This document shows, in pieces, positions 34,215 to 40,080 of a DNA stretch of 40,080 nucleotides. Each line of letters starts with the position of its first letter. Positions within the stretch are counted from its first letter, which is position 1. The position numbers were made by a program, and so were the translations under genes. This DNA is from Octopus bimaculoides (Eukaryota), in NCBI RefSeq assembly GCF_001194135.2, contig NC_068997.1, positions 26,677,718 through 26,717,797 on the forward strand. The letters run 5' to 3'. A model generated the notes under the pieces. It had not been told where the DNA came from. It made no database searches and saw nothing but the letters and a program-made list of their open reading frames with translations.

Positions 34215-34690
34215 CTGCATTGACTCTATAAACAGAGACCTCGGCAGCATCTTCAGTGGAACCAGGCCAACCTTGTCTCTTCTAACACCAAAAAGGTTCA
34301 TGCCCATTTCATATCAAGAAAAATCCACAACACTACACTCCTACTCAGCATGAGCTGTACTCAGCTAAATCCCAACAGTCACTCCAAATACTAGCTCTTT
34401 CTATCATCCATATTCGTAGTGTTAGCTAGGACTGCATCCCAAAGACTAGCCCTTCCCTTCTAAGCTCAAGTGAGATCCATAATGGAATACTGTTCCCATG
34501 CCTGTGATAATGCCGCTGCTACATACACTGATATCCTGGATTGTATCCAGAGAAGGGCTACTCAGCTGATTGGGATTCATTCACTCATGGACACACTTCA
34601 ACCTCTGCCCCACAGGTACTATCTTTGTCTTTTCTGTTGCTGCTATAACAGCCGCTGTTCCTCAGAGCTGGTTGGCCACATATCTCCACC
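34215..34690 (+). pseudogene. Degenerate CR1/L2-like LINE RT C-terminal fragment
   Basis: KAQVRSIMEYCSHACDNAAATYTDILDCIQRRATQLIG..L.DTLQPLPHR...LF..YNSRCSSEL matches the pattern Y-K-x-Q-I/V-R-P-x-L/M-E-Y-C-S...L-D-x-I-Q-x-R-A...C-S-x-E-L. Confidence 0.7.
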
Positions 34691-34743
34691 ACTTGGGCAT
34701 CCCCCACTTGTTTTTCCACCTTTTTTCCTTTATATTTTTAAAC

Positions 34744-35105
34744 AGGCACAGGAGTGGCTGTGTGGTAAGGAGCTTGCTTCCCAACCATATTGTTCTGGGT
34801 TCAGTTCTACTGCATGACACCTCGGGCAAGTGTCTTCTACTATAGCCTTAACCAAAGCCTTGTGAGTGGATTTGGTAGATAGAAACTGAAGGAAACCCAT
34901 TGTGTGTGTGTGTCTTTGAGTTTGTGTTTGTCCCCCCTCCCCCACTGCTTAACAACCAGTGTTGGTATGTTTATGTCCCTGCAACTTAGCAGTTTGGCAA
35001 AAATGACCAATAGAGGTACCAGGCTAAGGAAAATTCATTTGACTAAAAGTTCTTCAAGATGGTGCCCAATATGGCCACAGTCTAGTGACTGAAACAAGTA
35101 AAAGA
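34744..35105 (+). mobile_element. Family A SINE
   Basis: Same head, core and tail modules as 29463-29882. Confidence 0.8.
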
Positions 35106-35912
35106 TAAAAATACAAAAAAATAGAAGATACTCTTACCCATAATATCATATGTTACAATCTTATTAACAACAAGGCATCTAACACATCCAGACATTTAAT
35201 TAAAAGAATACAGCCATTTGTTAATTAATTACACAGCAAGTTCTGTCAACTGCAGCTGATCTGATCTCATTTCAGAGTTTGATTGTTTTGGCCAGGGATA
35301 CAGATGGTGCTGTTAGCAGTTTTTGGTAATATTATACTACATACATTTGAGATTGTTCTTCTCAATGTCAATAGAATTATTCCTGAAACTCTATATCAAA
35401 CATTAATTCTTTGTCTTTTGAACTTTATACATCTTTTCTTTTTTCTCAATTACTTGTAATTTAACCTTCGTTGTGTAGTGAAACAAATTATATTGGTAAA
35501 TTCGTAAATAGAATTGCTATAACTTATTATAATCATTATTATTAAGGTGATAGTTTGTCAGAAACATTGTTAAATTTTCAGACTAGATACCTTCCAGCCT
35601 TTTTGTTGCAACTCTTTACATTCATCATCACCATCATCATTTTTATGTCCACTTTTCTATATTTGCATGCGACACTTGCCCAAGGTTCCATGCAGTGGGA
35701 CTGAACCATTGAACCATGTGGTTGGGAAGCAAACTTTTTACTGCACAGCCACTTTTGCACCTGTTTGTTTCGTGACTGAGTCCCTTCTTTCATTATTACT
35801 GGTTTTATACCTACATTTTTCATTTTTCTATATATATATATATATATGGATATATAAAATCATCCAGCATTCTGACTGCCTTATTATTCTAAATATACAA
35901 GATCTGTACTCA

Positions 35913-36955
35913 TTCCAGGGTGAAAAACTAGAGGTAGTCGATAGCTTCCGCTATCTGGGCGACCAAGTTAGTAGTGGGGGTGGGTGCGCTGAAAGTGTAG
36001 CTGCTAGAATAAGAATAGCCTGGGCCAAGTTTAGAGAGCTCTTACCCCTGCTGGCGACAAAGGGACTCTCACTCAGAGTAAAAGGCAGACTGTATGACGC
36101 ATGCGTACGAACAGCCATGCTACATGGCAGTGAAACATGGGCTGTAACTGCTGAGGACATACGTAAGCTTGCAAGGAATGAAGCCAGTATGCTCCGTTGG
36201 ATGTGTAATGTCAATGTGAATACCCGTNNNNNNNNNNNNNNNNNNNNNNNNNNNNNNNNNNNNNNNNNNNNNNNNNNNNNNNNNNNNNNNNNNNNNNNNN
36301 NNNNNNNNNNNNNNNNNNNNNNNNNNNNNNNNNNNNNNNNNNNNNNNNNNNNNNNNNNNNNNNNNNNNNNNNNNNNNNNNNNNNNNNNNNNNNNNNNNNN
36401 NNNNNNNNNNNNNNNNNNNNNNNNNNNNNNNNNNNNNNNNNNNNNNNNNNNNNNNNNNNNNNNNNNNNNNNNNNNNNNNNNNNNNNNNNNNNNNNNNNNN
36501 NNNNNNNNNNNNNNNNNNNNNNNNNNNNNNNNNNNNNNNNNNNNNNNNNNNNNNNNNNNNNNNNNNNNNNNNNNNNNNNNNNNNNNNNNNNNNNNNNNNN
36601 NNNNNNNNNNNNNNNNNNNNNNNNNAGATGCACCATTTTGAGCGTGGCCGTTGCCAGTACCGCCTGACTGGCTCCCGTAGGATTTTCGAGCGAGATCGTT
36701 GCCAGTGCCCCTGGACTGGCTTGTGCGGTTGGCACATAAAAGACACCATTTCGAGCGTGGCCGTTTTCGTGCGGGTGACACGTAAAAGCACCCACTACAC
36801 TCTCTGAGTGGTTGGCGTTAGGAAGGGCATCCAGCTGTAGAAACTCTGCCAAATTAGACTGGAGCCTGGTGTTGCCATCCTGTTTCACCAGTCCTCAGTC
36901 AAATCGTCCAACCCATGCTAGCATGGAAAGCGGACGTTAAACGATGATGATGATT
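35913..36955 (+). mobile_element. 5'-truncated young RTE LINE (RT C-terminal ORF, gap 36228-36625, 3' UTR, (GAT)n tail)
   Basis: QGEKLEVVDSFRYLGDQVSSGGGCAESVAARIRIAWAKFRELLPLLATKGLSLRVKGRLYDACVRTAMLHGSETWA... is uninterrupted, with RTE hallmark F-x-YLG and LHGSETW motifs. The UTR is near-identical to 1-326. Confidence 0.92.
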
Positions 36956-38389
36956 AGAAATAATTAATAACTAATAACTGGATCTTCATCAGTTACAACA
37001 ATGAGTAATCCGGTTGATCCCATCAACAGAGCAGTCTGCTCGTAAAATCAATGTGAATGTGGCTGATTACCCCACAGACATGTGTACCCTTATTGAAGTT
37101 CTCAGAGAGATTCAATGTGACACAGAATGTGATAAGGCTGGCCCTTTAAAATACAGGTACAACTCATTTTTACCAGCTGAGTGGACTAGAGTGACATAAA
37201 ATAAAGCACCATGTCCAAGGATACAACATGCTACTGGGAATCGAACCTACAACTTTATAAATGTGAGCCGAATACCCTAACCAATAAGCCATGTACTTTC
37301 ACAATAAAAATAATAATCATTATTGTAAACTGATGAGACGGTAGAATTATTAGAGCATTAAAAAAACATGCTTTGTGGCATTTGCTTTGGCTCTGAGTTC
37401 AAATCCAAACTATAGGTTAATTTTGCCATTGCTCCTCCACAGGGTTGATGAAATAAAGTACTAGTTAAAGTACTGGGTTTGAGGGCAATGACTAATATAC
37501 TCACCTCAAAAATTACTAGCCTTGTACCTAAGTCAGAAACCATTATTACTAGTGGTGATAGTAGTTGTAATAGTTGTAGTAAATGTTTAACTGTCTTACT
37601 GTGAATGGAATCCAGCATTTGTGGTGCTGCTGAATAAAACCCATACCAAATATCCATTAACAAACAAATGGTTGAATGAATGAATGTATGTTGTTACTTT
37701 CTCTCATAGTCTGACCTCAACATAAGCCATTTAGGTGGGTGTGTATAGACACACACACACACACACACACTCACATGAATGCACACATACACAAACACAC
37801 ATACACAAACACACAAGTTTCCAGAGTTTATATAGTGTAAACAGTAATTTATAGATTCTGCGGCAACTGACAGATTAATGAAACAATTTGCTTGCTACCA
37901 TTTGTATTTATTTTGATTCTGGACTGAAAAATAAATTATATTTATCTTCATTGTTGAATCAAGCTGAAGTCTTACTTTTGTTTGGCAGCGGTCGACTATG
38001 GATTTCCTGAAAGACTTCCATAAAAGCAAAGTTCATTTTTTGAAAGTCTACTTACAGGGATTTTCCCCTTTATTCTGTTGATTTCAGTATTAGTAGAGTA
38101 TGCAGAATCATTAGCATGCCAGGCAAAATGCTTAGCAGCATTTCATCTGTCTTTATGTTCTGAGTTCAAATTCTATTGAGGTCTTCTTTGCCTTTCATCC
38201 TTTCGGGGTTGATAAAATAAGTACCATTTGAGCATTGAGATCGATGGAATCATCTTAGCCTCTCTGGCCTTGTGCCAAAATTTAAAATCAGTATTAGTAA
38301 AGTATATATGTCTTATATCTGAGTATAACTTCCAACTGCATTTGGTTGTGGAGCTCTGGTTTGGGAGTTCCAGGGTTTTCAGGTGCATA

Positions 38390-38790
38390 GAATCTCTTGG
38401 CCACTTATGTTGCCAGGTCTGCTCTGACTGAGAACATAGTACTTGTCAGGGTCTCATTTGTGGGTTAATTAGCATGTTTTTGGAAGAAACCCCAATCACA
38501 AGCCGTCACTGCCTTGTGAATACCTTGGGAAAGGAATAGGCTTGGAGAGTCAACCTTGACAGTCAATCAAGGAGTAGAGTCTCTTGGGTGGGTCCGGTGT
38601 CCTCTTTGGTATCCTTCTTGTTCTTCCTGGGTAGACGGAGCTCTCCCTTTCTGAAGGCTGTTCACTTGGGAGAAGGCCACTCTAATGTAAAACCTACGGC
38701 TTGCTGGTCACTGCATCTGTCTTAGCCATCTGTGTCACTCTGTAAGGTAGGTGTGAGAGGCTGGATCTGGCCTGCTTTGAACATAAAACA
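38390..38790 (+). mobile_element. Possible degenerate RTE-like LINE 5' region
   Basis: Contains ggagaaggccactctaatgtaaaacc, resembling the RTE 5' motif GGAGAAGGAAAACTCTGAAT..AAACC as I recall it. No intact ORF. Confidence 0.3.
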
Positions 38791-38799
38791 GGAAGAATA

Positions 38800-39090
38800 T
38801 TTTAACTCTCTCTCCTTCTCTTTCTCTCTTTCTGAGTAACCACGTATCTCCTCTTCAGCAGCACACCTGTTTCTGCCCTCATTCTTGATCACTCCCTCTT
38901 TCTCCTTGTCTTACACTTCCCTCCAGCTAGGTAACCATGCAGGTGGTGTGGCCAACTGGATGAGGTAGTAAACCTGTTTCTGCCCTCTTTCTTGTCAACT
39001 CTCTCTCTCTCTCTCTCTCTCTTTCACTCTTTCTTTATCTCTCTGGCTGGGTAACCATGTACCTCCTCTACAGCAAGACCTGGGCTAAAC
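38800..39090 (+). repeat. Three degenerate tandem copies of a (CT)n-gtaacca...acctgtttctgccctc module
   Basis: gtaaccacgtatctcctcttcagc (~38837), gtaaccatgc...acctgtttctgccctc (~38931) and gtaaccatgtacctcctctacagc (~39051). Confidence 0.6.
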
Positions 39091-40080
39091 AACAACAGAG
39101 AAGAGTACATTGAATAATGTAGTGCTGATATGCTATGACTGAAAATCAAATTGGATGGTCATGGTTAGAATGCCTTTAATCATAAGTCTACTCAGCCAGG
39201 ACTGGCCTGGACCTAAATACTAATTCACCTGACGTCTGTCTCATAATGTATTTGTAAATATTATTTTAGGATGGCCTTTGTATTATTTTCTTCAAAAAAT
39301 TATTTGCTTTTGTGTCTTCACAGAAATCATGTGATAATACGGTCATTGATAACAGATTTAAATAGAACATAGATGATATAAAAGCTGACTAATGAGATAG
39401 TGTTTCAAAGAAATAATTAAAACTTTCATGCTAATGGGTAGGCACAAGGCCTCGTGGTTAGGGTGTTGAACTGATGATCATTATGTCATGAATTCAATTC
39501 TTGGATCATGTTGGCTTTTCTGTCTTTGCATAAGGCACTGAATTTCATATTGTGCCAGAACACTTAGTTAAAAAGGAGTACCAGTGATACCTGGGGGTTG
39601 GCCCTGTGAAGATTGGTATTTAGTTCAGTAGTGATGGGTTAGGATTAGGATTTTGTAGTCTCAACCTAAACATCTGGAAAATCTGAATAATTTTCGGCAT
39701 CTTGATCCCTGTAGGCTCAAGATAGATATTATTTTTTTAACCATATTTTTCATCATTGCCCTGTTTAGCCCTTAGGGATGGTAAGCAGTGGTGTGACTGT
39801 GTGGTTAAGAAGCTTGCTTCCCAACTATGCAGTCTCAGGTTCAGTCCCACTGCATAGCACCTTGGGTAAGTGTCTTCTACTATAGCCCTGGACCAACCAG
39901 TGTCTTGTGAGTGAATGTGGCATACAAAAACTGAAAGAAGCCCATTTTGTGTGTGTGTGTGTGTGTGCATGTGCCTTGGTCCTCTGTCATCTCTTCTATG
40001 AGGCCCAACATCTGAAGGTCCTTTCTCACCACTTCGCTCTGTGTTTTCCTGGGTCTACTCCTTCCAGGAAGATATGGGAT

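Overview
AT-rich, repeat-dense animal genomic DNA with six N-gaps. The SINE and RTE-LINE families, and the long (TA)n, (CA)n and (AAT)n tracts, resemble those of Octopus (cephalopod) assemblies; that taxon call is an inference from recalled repeat sequences. Only one host coding exon is confidently recognisable: the 87-nt first coding exon (23731-23817, +) of the DMXL1/DMXL2 (Rabconnectin-3 alpha) orthologue. Its second exon was not found in the remaining ~16 kb. A second, unidentified minus-strand transcription unit is suggested by clean splice signals at 10675-10848 and a CpG-rich block at ~3750-5060. The rest is mostly mobile DNA: three young copies of one RTE LINE family, R4/Dong-like LINE fragments in (TAA)n, a Penelope RT remnant, a CR1/L2-like remnant, a Tigger/pogo-like MITE and many tRNA-derived SINEs. 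The most notable structure is two TSD-flanked, ~500-bp fold-back insertions (17391-17878, 20641-21172). They combine a tRNA-like pol III head, a minimal hammerhead ribozyme motif and a Penelope-style inverted pseudo-LTR with an identical 34-bp 3' tail. Nearly all ORFs in the supplied track are microsatellite, SINE or gap artefacts.
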